This document shows positions 41,620 through 55,247 of a DNA stretch of 64,000 nt, one piece after another. How positions within the stretch are numbered: the first letter of the stretch is position 1; every line of letters starts with the position of its first letter. The notes below the pieces were generated by a model. That model had not been told where the DNA came from, did not search any database, and saw only the letters and a program-made list of their open reading frames with translations. The DNA is from Mobula hypostoma (taxonomy: Eukaryota): positions 154,072,001-154,136,000 of the forward strand of contig NC_086097.1 in assembly GCF_963921235.1 (NCBI RefSeq), given 5' to 3'. Both the position numbers and the translations under genes were made by a program.

Positions 41620-43972
41620 TAGATCTTCTATTAGGAAACGAGTTAGGACAGGTGACAGAAGTTTGTGTAGGGGAACACTTTGTTCCAGTGATCATAACAC
41701 CATTAATTTCAACTTGATCATGGATAAAGATAGATCTGGTCCTCGAGTTAAGGTTCTAAACTGGAAAAAGGCGAAATTTGAAGAAATGAGAAAGGATCTA
41801 AAAAGCGTGGATTGGGACAGGTTGTTCTCTGGCAAGGATGTGATTGGTAGGTGGGAAGTCTTCAAAGGAGAAATTTTGAGAGTGCAGAGTTTGTATGTTC
41901 CCCCTGTCAGGATCTTTAATCCTGTCAGGATTAAAGGCAAAGTAAATAAGAATAAGGAACCTTGGTTCTCAAGGGATATTGGAGCTCTGCTAAAGAAGAA
42001 GAGAGAGATGTATGACATGTATAGGAAACAGGGAGCAAATAAGGTGTTTGAGGAGTATAAAAAGTGCAAAAAAAAAACTTAAGAAAGAAATCAGGAGGGC
42101 TAAAAGAAGACGTGGGGTTGCTTTGGCAGCCAAGGTGAAGGATAATCCAAAGAGCTTCTACAGATATATTAAGAGCAAAACGATAGTAAGAGATAAAATT
42201 GGTCCTCTTGAAGATCAGAGTAGTCGGCTATGTGTGGAACCAAAAGAAATGGGGGAGATCTTAAATGGATTTTTTGCGTCTGTATTTACTAAGGAAACTG
42301 GCATGGAGTCCATGGAAATAAGGCAAACAAGTAGTGAGGTCATGGAACCTATACAGATTGAAGAGGAGGAGGTGCTTGCTATCTTGAGGCAAATCAGAGT
42401 AGATAAGTCCCCAGGACCTGATATGGTATTCCCTTGGACCTTGAAGGAGACTAGTGTTGAAATTGCAGGGGCCCTGGCAGATATATGTAAAATGTCGGTA
42501 TCTACGGGTGAGGTGCCAGAGGATTGGAGGATAGCTCATGTTGTTCCGTTGTTTAAAAAAGGCTCTAAAAGTAATCTGGCAAATTATAGGCCGGTAAGTT
42601 TGACGTCGGTTGTAGGTAAATTATTGGAAGGAGTACTAAGTGATAGGATCTACAAGTACTTGGATAGACAGGGACGTATTAGGGAGAGTCAACATGGCTT
42701 TGTGCGTGGTAGGTCATGTTTGTCAAATCTGTTGGGAGTTTTTTGAGGTAGTTACCAGGAAAGTGGATGAAGGGAAGGCAGTGGATGTTGTCTACATGGA
42801 CATCAGTAGGGCCTTTGACAAGGTCCCGCATGGGATGTTAGTTAGGAAGATTCATTTGCTAGGTATACATGGAGAGGTAGTAAATTGGATTAGACATTGG
42901 CTCAATGGAAGAAGCCAGAGAGTGGTAGTGGAGGTTTGCTTCTCTGAGTGGAGGCCTGTGACTAGTGGTGTGCCACAGGGATCAGTGCTGGGTCCATTGT
43001 TATTTGTCATCTATATCAATGATCTGGATGATAATGTGGTAAGTTGGATCAGCAAATTTGCTGATGATACAAAGATTGAAGGTGTAGTAGACAGTAAGGA
43101 AGGTTTTCAGAGCCTGCAGAGGGACTTGGACCAGCTGGAAAAACGGGCTGAAAAATGGCGGATGGAGTTTAATACAGATAAGTGTGAGGTATTGCACTTT
43201 GGAAGGACACACCAAGGTAGAACATACAGGATAAATGGTAGGGCACTGAGGAGTGCAGTAGAACAGAGGGATCTGGGAATACAGATACAAAATTCCCTAA
43301 AAGTGGCGTCACAGGTAGATAGCGTCGTAAAGAGAGCTTTTGCTACATTGCCCTTTATAAATCGAAGTATTGTGTATAAGAGTTGGAATGTTATGGTGAG
43401 GTTGTATAAGGCATTGGTGAGGCCGAATTTGGAGTACTGTGTGCAGTTTTGGTCACCAAATTACAGGAAGGATATTAATAAGGTTGAAAGAGTGCAGAGA
43501 AGGTTTACAAGGATGTTGCCAGGACTTGAGAAACTCAGTTACAGAGAAAGGTTGAATAGGTTAGGACTTTATTCCCTGGAGCGTAGAAGAATGAGGGGAG
43601 ATTTGATAGAGGTATATAAAATTATGATGGGTATAGATAGAGTGAATGCAAGCAGGTTTTTTCCACTGAAGCTAGGGGAGAAAAAAACCAGAGGACATGG
43701 GTTAAGGGTGAAAGAGGAGAAGGTTAAAGGGAACATTAGGAGGGGGCTTCTTCACACAGAGAGTGGTGGGAGTGCGGAATGAGCTGCCAGATGAAGTGGT
43801 AAATGCAGGATCACTTTTAACATTTAAGAAAAGCTTGGACATGTACATTGATGAGAGGTGTATGGAGGGATATGGTTCATGTGCAGGTCAGTGGGACTCG
43901 GCTCAAAAATGGTTCAGCTCAGCCAAGAAGGGCCAAAAGGCCTGTTTCTGTGCTGTAATGTTCTATGGTTTT
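41620..43972 (+). mobile_element. 5'-truncated CR1 of the same subfamily as 57170-61295
   Basis: Colinear and highly similar to ~58963-61290. ORFs 41663.., 42012.. and 42640.. give the endonuclease end and RT. TTCTATGG tail. Confidence 0.95.
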
Positions 43973-44959
43973 ATCTACCACCTTACCCTCAGGAATACAG
44001 ATATAGTTTCAAATAGGAATGGTGTGTGTCCTGGAACGGAAACCACAAGTGATCTTTCCAGTTGCCTGACATCCTTTTCCATCTAGGTGGTTAAGGTTGC
44101 TTACACATAGCATACACACTGAGGCAACAAGATGGTGGTGGTGGAGATATGAATCCTTTGGACAGTGGATGTGGTACTACTGAAGTTGGTTGTTTTCTTC
44201 TAGATTATAGGAAGCTTCTTGAGTGGTATTGAAGATGCATACATCCTATCCATTTGGAGTATTCTGACACACTCCTGACCTTCACTTTGCAGATGGTGGA
44301 AAGGTACTACAGCAACAGCAGATGCATCACCCATTCACTGCAGTCAACCTTCAATCTGCATTTACAGACTAAGTGGTACCTGGTCCAGCTGAGATTTCTG
44401 TCAAGGGTGTCCACTAGGATATTGATGGTGGCAAACTCAGGGATGGCCATCCCTTTAAATGCCAAGATAAGCGCTCAGACCATCTCCTGATCTAGCACTT
44501 TTGTAACATGTATGTTGTGTGCAGACATGGGCTACTTCATTTAATATACAGTTATGAAGAGAACTGAATTTTGCAGTTGTCCTCAATGTCCCCACTTGTG
44601 ACCTAATAATGGAAGGTCATTGATGAAACCACTAAGGATGGTTTAGTTTTGGACACTATCCTGAGGAACTCATGCAGTATTGCCCAGTGGCTGGAATTAT
44701 TGACCTCCAATAACCTCAACCATCTATCATTAAGTAAGGCATGACTTGAATCACTGGAGTGTTTTCCTCTTAATACTCATTGACCACAGTTTTACAAAGA
44801 CACCTTCATACCACAATTGGTCAAATACTGCTTGATTCAAGCATAGTCACTCACATCTCCCCTTTGAAATACACCTCCTTCGTTTATTCTTGGATCAATT
44901 CCATGATGAAATCTGGTTAGTAGGCCCAACCAATAAACACAAAATGAAAAGTGATTCCC

Positions 44960-45780
44960 ACATAACTGACAAATACTGCAGATGCTTGAAATATGAGATA
45001 AAAAATAGAAAATGCTGGAAATACTTATCAGGACAGGTAGCATCTGTAGAAAGACAAACTGAGTTAAGGTTTTAAGTTGAAAACAAATTATTAAAGAAGA
45101 GGCTTATGAAGTTGCCATAAAAAGCAGTAGCCTTAAGGATTGGGAAATTGTGGATGTCAACAGAGATGAACCAAGAATTTGTTTAAGAAAGGCACTGGAC
45201 CAAATGATAGGAAACCAGTGAGACTGGACTCCTATACCTTGGAGAAACCAAATAGAGAATGGATGATTGCTTTGCATTGTGTCTATACACAGAGGTATTC
45301 CTCACTGTCCCCTTGCCTGTCACATTAATTCCCTTTGCACTGCCACTCTGACAATCCGTGGCCTCTTGCATTGTTACAACAAGTCCAAACACAAGCCTGA
45401 AGAGCTCATCTTCTTGGGCATGTTGTTGCCTGCAGGACAGAATATTGAGTTCTCTAACTTCAAATATTTCACTGACGCTTTCTCCTTGCAATAAAACTGG
45501 CCATTTTTGCTGGACGTATTCCAGAGTGTTACCATTAACATCAAATTACAATCACAAAAAAGCTTAATCTTATTTTAACCACTTAACTGCCACATAAAGT
45601 CATCCTGCCTCAGCCTATCAAGGAAGTTCTCTTCTTCCACCTGCCCCGTTCCCTATCTCTCTTCTGCCTCTACTAACTTAATTCTCTCTTCCATAGTTCC
45701 AATGAAGGGTTGCAGGCCTAATTTGCCAACTACTTCTCTTTCCATAAATGCTGACTGAATTTGATAATCAACAGCTTTTT
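44960..45780. mobile_element. Old Penelope-like relic with inverted terminal segments
   Basis: Left end actgcagatgcttgaa...aaatgctggaaata (minus-strand tail). GIY-YIG C-terminal remnant on + (ELIFLGMLLPAGQNIEFSNF). Degenerate plus-strand tail at ~45690-45780. Confidence 0.68.
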
Positions 45781-47053
45781 CCGGTGCCCTACTAGCTCTC
45801 TTTTTTGATTTGTAGAACTAAAAATTCTTTAAAAAGCATTCAGGACAACCAGCTCATAGATTGAAGGGATTGAAATAGAATGAGTTTAAGGTACGGTGGT
45901 TCAGCATGTGTTTAAATCTGAATGTCTGAAATTACTGCTCAAACATCCGCCAGGAAAAATAACCAAAATAAATTCTGTAACAGGCTGAATGACAGCATCT
46001 ACAACTTAGTTAATAAAGGTAATCAAGCCTGCTATGAAACTCACAGATGCTCCTCTCCTCTTGGAACTAAAACATTTCACTGACAACCAACAACTGTAAT
46101 GAACTTAATTGATTCATAACTCTAGAAATCACAATTGACTTTACAAGTAAATAAATAGCCAAGATAGCTGCTTAGTGTTCTTCTACTTAACCATTTTAAT
46201 AAAGTCCATAAACCATTTAAACCAAAAGATTATCAGCTCTGCTGTAGCATCGCATTAGACACTGTCATTCATACAAGATAACTTTACTAGCTGATGTTGC
46301 TATTACAAATTTATGATCTGAGCAGGGTATACTCTCAGGTTCACTAATAACAATCTCCTCTGTAGGTGAATTCACCATGATTAGTTCACCTTCGTTGCAT
46401 AAAATTAAGTCAGATGACAGATCATGGTAGAGGAGATGGTGTGTTTATACTGGCAAATATTCTCCTGCTATTCAAATTTGGACACATCATTTAATCATAC
46501 AGTTAGGTGTGTTTTTCTGCACAAACGGTGATGATTACAGAAATTTCATTTCATTTTATAGCATTCCTCAGAGCAATGAAAACAATACACACACTATATT
46601 ACCGTATTAACATGCTCAGTACAATTTTGGTAATCAGTAATTTCTTCTACAGTGGTTTAGAATTAAGTTTGAAGAGAAAGTTAAGCAGCCTGTAAATTCA
46701 TTTGGCATGTACTTTCTTAGCTGTAATAGAAACCAACCGACAGTACTCTATGCCTGAGGACTGGCTGGTTCACCTGACATTAAACTAGCTTCTAAACTGC
46801 AATATATTGCACAAACTTCCTTGTGCTGTACAGAACAGTCTTTTCAGGGATGTCAGTGGAACTCCATTTGTTTTAAATTGCAAGGAAAAGACTGCAATTG
46901 TTTGTAGATGCTTCAGTAGAGTATAATACTTCATAGCAAAATTCAGATTTTACTCTCTATGCTGCAAGCCACACTAAGTATATAAAAATATGAAATGGGT
47001 CAATCACCAGTTTACAGGCCACAATCTCATGCAGTTAAAACAGAAATTACCTA

Positions 47054-47305
<252 letters not shown>

Positions 47306-48789
47306 TCAGATAATTGGGTTCCAAGACACTAAGCTAGAATGGTAGGTGCCCACACGTGACAGGTTTAACATTTACCTCAAATTTTCAGTGATGATATTCT
47401 CCAACCTGGAAAACTATTCTGATTCCTGTCAACTCTCCAATGAATGAAGATTTAAATGACACTTTTTTAAACCATTGATAATAAGGAAATTCAGATACAA
47501 ATATCTACTGAGTTGCCTTTAATGATAAAATCACATGCAAAGGAGTCAGACAGAATAATAAGACCATAAAGTATCAGACAGAATAAGGTCAAATCTACTC
47601 CATCATTCAATATTGCCTGATATTTTTTCCCATCTCTGGGGGCAGGTTAAAGTAGTACTAAAGGCTGTGGAATTTTGGAATCTTCTTCCACAAATGTCAG
47701 TTTTTGATGTGCCAAATGTTAATAGGATTGTCGCTTTCTAGGGTCGGTCCCATCCAAGTAATATAATGTACTTGGTTACCTCCAAAACATCCCCACACGT
47801 TAGTGAAGTCCACCTTCTTTCCTGTTTACAAACCTTTCCTGATCCTATCAATGATGACTGATTTGCGAACACAGAAGTACCATATTCTCAACAACTGATG
47901 ATTGACAGCTGCAGCCCCTCCAACTCCTATCAATTTCTCTCCAAATCATCTGGAGGGAACCCTCAGCTAACCTACACCTCCTATCAACTTACAGCCCTGT
48001 TCTTTCCTCTGATCTCTAGTTTAACCCCACTACCAATCTGCTGACTTAACCTCCTTGCGGGGTTGATCCCTCTGCCAACCTACTTACTAAAAACTTCTTC
48101 TAATCCTTGGCCTGATTACTTTACCAATCATCAGCATGATTTCCCTTAGCTACTCTTGCCTGACGACGCCTTACTGTGTCTGACCAACTGATTCACCTTC
48201 AGATCGCTGCACTTATCACCATCCTCGATTCCACTATAGCCCTTTCCCGGTTCTGACTCCATCCTCACATAGCCTCACCCTGAACTTCTGGAAATCTCAA
48301 AAGGCCATCCCTATATGCAAGGTCCATCAAGTGAGACATGACCTCCTGGCCTGATGTACTACTGAAATTTTCAGCAGAGGGACTTGACCTGCTGCTTACT
48401 AACCTGATTGGTTAAATAATTTAAGCAGGCAAGTTAATATTCTAAAGTTAAGTGGGACCTTGACTTTATAAAGTGCATTGGTGTGAGCCAGCCTTGACTG
48501 TTAATCCTGGGTATCAATCCATAATCCCTGCAGAATGTAATGAAAACTGCCTAAAGATAATTTTCCTGTATGCATCAGCTCTATTCTGATCACACAGCTA
48601 AAATCTCAAGACAATAAAGTTGGACTTTAGTCCTTAGTTTAATGGGCACGGTTTGAAGATCAGATGTTACTAATTTCAATATTAAATTTAAATTTACTAT
48701 TTTTTGAAGTAATGAGGCAAAACCAACAACAATTCATCCTCTCTTTACAGCCAACCTTTGCCATCTCTTATTCAATGTCAGTAAGACCA

Positions 48790-49612
48790 GGGCCCCTATT
48801 ATTGACTTCAGGAGGAGCCAGACCTCAGTGGAGAATCAGTGGTGGAGAGGGTCCTCAGTGTTATCATTTCAGATCACCTGTCCCAGGCACAGCACATAAG
48901 TGCAATTATGAAGAAATCAGGACAGCACCTCTATTTCCTTAGGAGTTTGTGAAGATTCAGCATGACATCTAAAACTTTGATGAACTTCTATAGATGTGTG
49001 GTGGAGAGTACCGACTGGCTGCATCAGAGCCTGCTATGGAAATACCAATGCTCTTGAATGGAAAATCCTCTAAGAAGTAATGGATACAGCCCAGTCAATC
49101 AGGGGTCAAGCCCTCTCCACCATTGAGCACATCTGCATGGAGTGCTATTGCAGAAAAGCAGCATCCGTCATCAAGGTCCCCGACCACCCAGGTCATACTC
49201 TCTTCTCACTGTTGCCATCAGGAAGAAGAGAAAGGAGACTCAGGAGCCACACCACCAGGTTCAGGAACAATTATTACCCCTCAACCATCAGGATCTTGAA
49301 TCAGAGGGGATAATTTCTCTGAACTTCATTTGTCCCATCATTGAAATGTTCCCACAAAGTATGGACTTACTTTTAAGGACTCTTCATCTCATGTTCTTGA
49401 TATTATTGCTTAATTATTTATTATTTTTCCTTCTCTCTTTCTGTATTTATACAGTTTGTTGTCTTTTGCACACTAGTTGAACACCCAAGTTGGGGCGGTC
49501 TTTCATTGATTCTATTTTGGATTTATTGAGTATGCCCACAAAAAATGAATCTCCGGGTTTTATATGGTGACATATATGTACTTTGATAATAAATTTATTT
49601 TGAATTCTGAAC
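48790..49612 (+). mobile_element. Rex1/Babar-like LINE 3' fragment
   Basis: ORF 49080..49313 KAASVIKVPDHPGHTLFSLLPSGRR..RFRNNYYPSTIR. 3' end ctttgataataaattt..tgaa. Confidence 0.82.
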
Positions 49613-50512
49613 TTTATTGGCCTATATACACCAGGAGTAAATGATAAGCCAAAGGACTACATTAGCTTTAATCATAAATTGGTAGCTTTGCAGTTATCAG
49701 TCAACATTATCCAGGAGTTAAGGTTAATCTTTTCTTGCCTAAGGGTTTGTTTATCTCTTACCTCAAAGTAAAGATTTCAGCGTCTCATGCTCACTTGCAG
49801 TCAATGGGGTGATTAACACACTTGAAAATTCAACAAGCTTGCACATTATCCTTATTTTCCATGTTTTTCCCATAAAAGCAAAAAATATTTCCCACCTTAT
49901 GAGGACTCAGTGGTGCCAAGGATGTTTCATAATCTCTTCTCTCCTCCACCAAAGGAAATGTTTTATCCTTGGGCTCCGTGACATCAGTAATCAGTCTCCA
50001 TGTTACCATGTCCAAACACCTCTTTGGATGAACGAAGCTGAACTATGAGTGTTCTGACAGTTTCCAGCAGAATGCTTGAAGGGCATTGATCAGGCACATT
50101 TACCCTGGTTGATCTCTTGTCTTCATGGCACAAGAGTTCTGATATCATGAGCAGCCTCTCAGGCGACACTTTGCAAATCTCATTTATTCAGCACAAAGCA
50201 CAAAGTTAAAAGCGCTGTCAAAATATGATTAACTGTATCCTAAAGGAACTGTAATTTAATATCAATATAAGTAAAAGGATACTTTTATTAAAATGGAGGG
50301 TTACTGGCAAAGCAAATCAGACTGAGCCGAGGATGAGCAATGAGATACGCTGCCTAGAATTAATGATAACATTAAAAAGTAGTTAACTGATTTAATTTAA
50401 AGTTGCATTTCTTTCCCTTGGGTCAATAAAGCTATATTTTCCATCTGCTTAATTTATCAAGGAGGACATTTCCTTCCTAACTCTGAAAATGGAATGGAGC
50501 TCAGGGGTTAAC

Positions 50513-52745
50513 TAGAATCAGAATCAGGTTTATTATTCCTGTCTTACATGGGCATTTTTTTTTCTTATTTTATGGCAGCAGTTCAGTGTAAAGACCATAA
50601 ATTACAAAATAAATAAACAGTGAATAAAAAGGAATATTGAGGTGGTGTTCATTGGTTCATGGAGCATTTGGAAATCTGATGATGGAGAAGAAGCTGTTCC
50701 TAAATAATGGGATGTGTCACCATCTGGGACATGCCCCCTTCTTATTCCTACTCACTGACGGTAGGAATAAGAAGAGGGCATGTCCCAGATGGTGAGAGTC
50801 CTTAATGATGGATGTTGCCTTCTTAGCGTGCTGCCTCTTGAAGATGCCTTTAATGGTAAGGAGAGTTGTGCCCATGGTGGAGCTGGCTGATTCTACAGCC
50901 CCTCAGCAGTCTCTTACATCCTGTGCATTGGAGCCTCCATTACAGACTTTGATGTAACCAGTCGGAATAGAGATTTGCAAGCTTTTGGTGACAGATTAAA
51001 TCTCCTCAGACTTCTAAAGAAATAGAGCCATTGGTACAATCACAAAGAAGGCATATAAATGTATCAGGCCCAAAACACGTTTAGAGATATTGACATCAGG
51101 AAGTTGAAGCTGCTCACTCTTTCCACCACTGACCCCTCAATGAGGACTGGTGCATGCCCTCCTGAATTCCACAATCAACTTCTTGGTCTAGCTGACATTG
51201 TGTGCGAGGTTCTTGTTGTGACATCACTAACCTGTTAATCTAACTCACTGTTGTAAGCATCCTCATTACCATCTGAAGTTCTATCAATAACAGAGATGTC
51301 ATCTGCAAACTTAAAAATGGCATTTGAGCTGTGCTTAGCCACATAATCATGAGTGTGGAGAGTCGAGCAGCGGGCTGAGCATGCATCCTTGAGGTGACTG
51401 TCAGGGAGGATGAGGTATTATCTCCAATCTGTACCGACTGTTTTCTCCCGATGAAGAAGCCAAGTATCCAGTTGCAGAGAGGGGCCCAGATTGAGAAACT
51501 TAGTGACTAATGCTGAGAGGATGAAAGTTCTTAACACCAAGCTATAATTGATAAAAAGCGACTTGATATATGCTTTCCTGTTGTTCAAAGCAGTGAGAGA
51601 GGCTGTGAGATTGCATGCTCTGAAGACCTATTACGATGTTAAGTGAATTGCAGTGGGTCCAGATCCTTGCTTTGAAGGAGTCAATTCCAACCTAAGCAGA
51701 TCATTGGAGTAAACGCTGGTGCCACTGGGTGATAGTCATTGAGGCAACTCACCCTGGTCTTCCTGGGCACTAGTATAACTGCTTTCCTTTTGAAGCAGGT
51801 GGAACCTCAGACTACAACAATGAGAAGTTTAAAATGTCCTTGAACACTCCAGCCTGTTGGTTGTCATAGGTTATCAAAACCTGGCCAGATCAACATCAGG
51901 GCCAGATGCTTTCCGAGGGTTCATCGTCTTGATGGATGTTCTGGCATCGACCTCAAAGACAAAGATCACAGGTTCATTGGATGCTGTGGGGATTTGTATA
52001 AGTGTAGTATTAATCTCCCTTTCAAATCCTATATAAAAGGCATTAAGGTTATTGGGAAGCGAAGCACTGCAGCTATTTATGCTGTTAGATTTCATTTTAT
52101 AAGAATTAACAGCCTGCAAATCCTACCATAGCTGCTATGCATCGGGTTGTGTCTCAAATTTCACACCGAATCCCTTTTCAGTGTCACTCTGGACTCAAGA
52201 TCATCAGTCTTAAATGCCAGAGATTTAGACCGTAGCAGATGTCAAATTTCCTGGTTCATCCAGGGCTCCTAGTTAGTGAAAACATGGATGTTTTCAAAGG
52301 CACACTCATATCCACATCTTGATAAAATCAGTGACAGCTGTGGTCAGACCTGAAGATGAATTCCTTGTCCAATTTACCAGTTCAAAGCAGTCCTGTAAAA
52401 TGCACCTCCACCTCCCTTAACCACAACTCATGGTCCTCACCATTCTTAGTTTGGTCCTTAGTCTCTGCCTATATTGCAGGAGTGAAAGTAGAGCCAGGTG
52501 ATATGACTTACTAAAGTGTAAGCATAGGTATGGGATGGGAAAGTAAACATTCTTGATGTTGATGTAATAGTGAATGCATGTGTTGGCTCCTCTGGTTCAC
52601 TAGGTGACATGTTGGTGGTAGTTGGCCAAAGACTTCTTCAAACTGACCTGATTGAAGTCCTCCATGTTGATCAGGACAGCATCAGGATGCACTGTCTTAT
52701 GACTATTGATTTCAGTACTCAGCTCCTTCAGTGCCAGCTTGACAT
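50513..52745 (-). mobile_element. Rex1/Babar-like LINE fragment (endonuclease end and RT)
   Basis: ORF 51874..52119 (SLPNNLNAFY..NPRKASGPD). Colinear with 24721-26100. (agaatc)n tail. Confidence 0.82.
50717..50795. repeat. 35-bp inverted repeat with a 9-nt loop
   Basis: 50717-50751 versus 50761-50795, 34 of 35 positions complementary. Confidence 0.95.
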
Positions 52746-53429
52746 TTAATGTTTACTACAAACACCACTTAGCTATATGAAAGGTCAACACTCAATTCAG
52801 CATATAGACTATGGGTCAACTTTCCTCTTACTCACACAGGAAGATTTAAAGGTGACCTATATAAATTTTTAAATCAAGATAATTGGAAATTTGGGCCGAA
52901 CATATCTTTCAGGATGATACAGGTCAAAATCAAGTGACTTGTTAAATAATTAAGAAATGAACACAGTAGGAAAGGGACATGATTACTGCAAAAGACAATT
53001 CTTTTCTTTATCTGTAACACTTGCTTCAAGTGGGGGTGTCCAGAGACACTAGTTTGGTATCTCGATATTTACAAGGGTGTCAGACCTGAAGTAATAAAAC
53101 CAAACCGGTTTCTCTTTTCATAGATGTTGCCTGATCTGCTGACTGTTTCTCGTAACTTGGGTTTCTATTTCGGACATCCAGCATTTGCAATTTTCTTTTA
53201 CAAGTCCTTTAGCCCTACCAAAATTCAATCTTTCCATATCTCCAGTTATTTGTGCAAATTGTTTTCCAGCCTTCAGCTGATTGTTCTCTTTATGTCACTT
53301 TGGCTCCTTGATCCCCATTGAGATGGTGCTGGTGAAGTACAGCAATGACTTTCTGGCAGCAAGAACAACTATTAATAAAGTAGTAATACTTTATTAATCA
53401 CACTTTTTCTTGAAAACAATCACTGCAAT

Positions 53430-54152
53430 CAATAGCCTGTACCTTCCCTTTTGGAGTGGAGCTTTCGAACACCCGTACGACCTGGCATTTTTGTGGTGTG
53501 AAGTCTCAAAGGTGTAGGACGTTTGTGGCATGCTCTGGGCCTAAGAGCGGGGAACAAGCCAATGTTTGGCTGCTGGAGCAGACTTGGAGGTGATTTGAAG
53601 TGGTAGAACCAAGGAGAGGCAGATTCAAGGCATCGGAGACTGGGCCCGAGAACGATGAGCAAGCTTAGGTTTGACCGATTTAAGCACTGCGCCGGGCGGA
53701 ATTGGAAAATTTGGGTATGGATCAAAGCGAGGCAACATATCCTGGACTCGACAGCATTTTCAAGTGGCAGGGCCCGAGTCTGAGAGCAAGGAATGACCCA
53801 CTGTTTGGCTGACTTAAGTGCCAGGCCCAATTGAAAATGTCAGGGTGTCGGGGCCAGAGGGGAGGGAGGCCCAGTGATCAGCTTGCTTCTCAGTAAGGTT
53901 TACTTGTCACTATGCTGAACAGAAACTGGGGCCTGCAACGAATGGGCTCCTGGATCGGCCGTGAACTCATTTTCATGAAATTCAGTTCTGAATGTTAGTT
54001 ACGTATTTCTATTGTTTGCACAATTTGTGCTTCTTTGGCACACTGGGTGTTTGAAGGTATTTTTAGTAATTTGTTCTGTTGGGTTTCCTTGTTTTGTGGC
54101 TACCCTGTAAGGAGACAAATCTCGAGGTTGTTTATAGTAAACATACTTTGAT
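53430..54152 (+). repeat. Unclassified interspersed repeat with a Rex1-like 3' end
   Basis: Ends in gagacaaatctcgaggttgtttatagtaaacatactttgat, parallel to the tail at ~49545-49590. Confidence 0.5.
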
Positions 54153-54399
54153 ATCCCTCCTTATTCATAAAGGTATATATCCAGTCTTATTATCTTTCTC
54201 TTACTGGCTCTGGTCTCCTTGCTGAAAACACTAATATACATTGCGTCTAATTATTTTTTTAAGTTGAAGATTCCAAATTTCCAATCTGTTATTCCTGTTT
54301 ATGGGAAAACAATTGAGAGGATTAGTGAATCCACGGTATTCTACATTTGTGATTGAAAGCAAGGCCCACAGCTCTACTTCTACCTTCCTTTTTTATGAA

Positions 54400-55247
54400 T
54401 GTGACAAGAATACACATAGATAAGATGTTAGCTGTCCTGTGTGATCAGCAGTTGGTCTGCCACCTGTCTTCAAGAGAGAGGTAAGGAACACAATGAAACA
54501 GCATCTGGAGATGGGTAATGAAGGGACGGGAGAGAGAGCTGTCTGGAGCGGCTCCCCCTTTGAACCCTGAACTGTTCTGAAGTGATGGACAGGCGATACC
54601 CCAGCAGGGGGATAAAAAGGGACAGGTTCGCTAAGGCAAGACACACACGACACTTGAGGTAACGAGACCCTGGAAGCGGTGCGCCTCTCACGAGTCGGTG
54701 GGAAGTATCGGACCTTAAACGCACAGGGTGGATAGGTACGATCAGCGGGAACCCGGTGTGTGTCCGCCCTTGCTTGGGTGCCGGGTTCACTGCAGAGGAT
54801 CGACCGCATCTGGAGGAGGGGTCACAGTCGGTGACCTCAGGTGACATCACCAAGGACCTGCCCGAAAGCTGCTTGTGAGCAATATCGCCGGTCTGTGAGT
54901 GGAAGCCGTGTTTGAATGATCAGTCGTTCCCGTTCTCTCTCTCCCTCCCCCCACATTGTCCATCGCCATGGCAACGATTACTGCGAACTGAACTAAATTG
55001 GACTGAACTTTTGTGTCACTTTGAAATTTGGTCATTTACCCCTAGACAACGATAGAGCTTGATTGATGCTGTTATCTTAATTCTGTGCACATGTGGGTTT
55101 ATCATTGCTGAACTGTTGCATTTATTATCCTTTCGATTACTGTGTTGCTTGTTTCTTTAATAAAACTTTCTTAATTCCAGTAATCCAGACTCCAACTGAG
55201 TGATCCATTTCTGCTGGTTTGGCAACCCAGTTACAGGGTACGTAACA
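54400..55247 (+). mobile_element. Solo LTR (848 bp; Gypsy- or ERV1-like, 4-bp TSD)
   Basis: Termini TGTGAC...GTAACA, TGAA duplicated at 54396-54399 and 55248-55251, TATA-like GATAAAA near 54612 and AATAAA near 55159. Confidence 0.88.
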
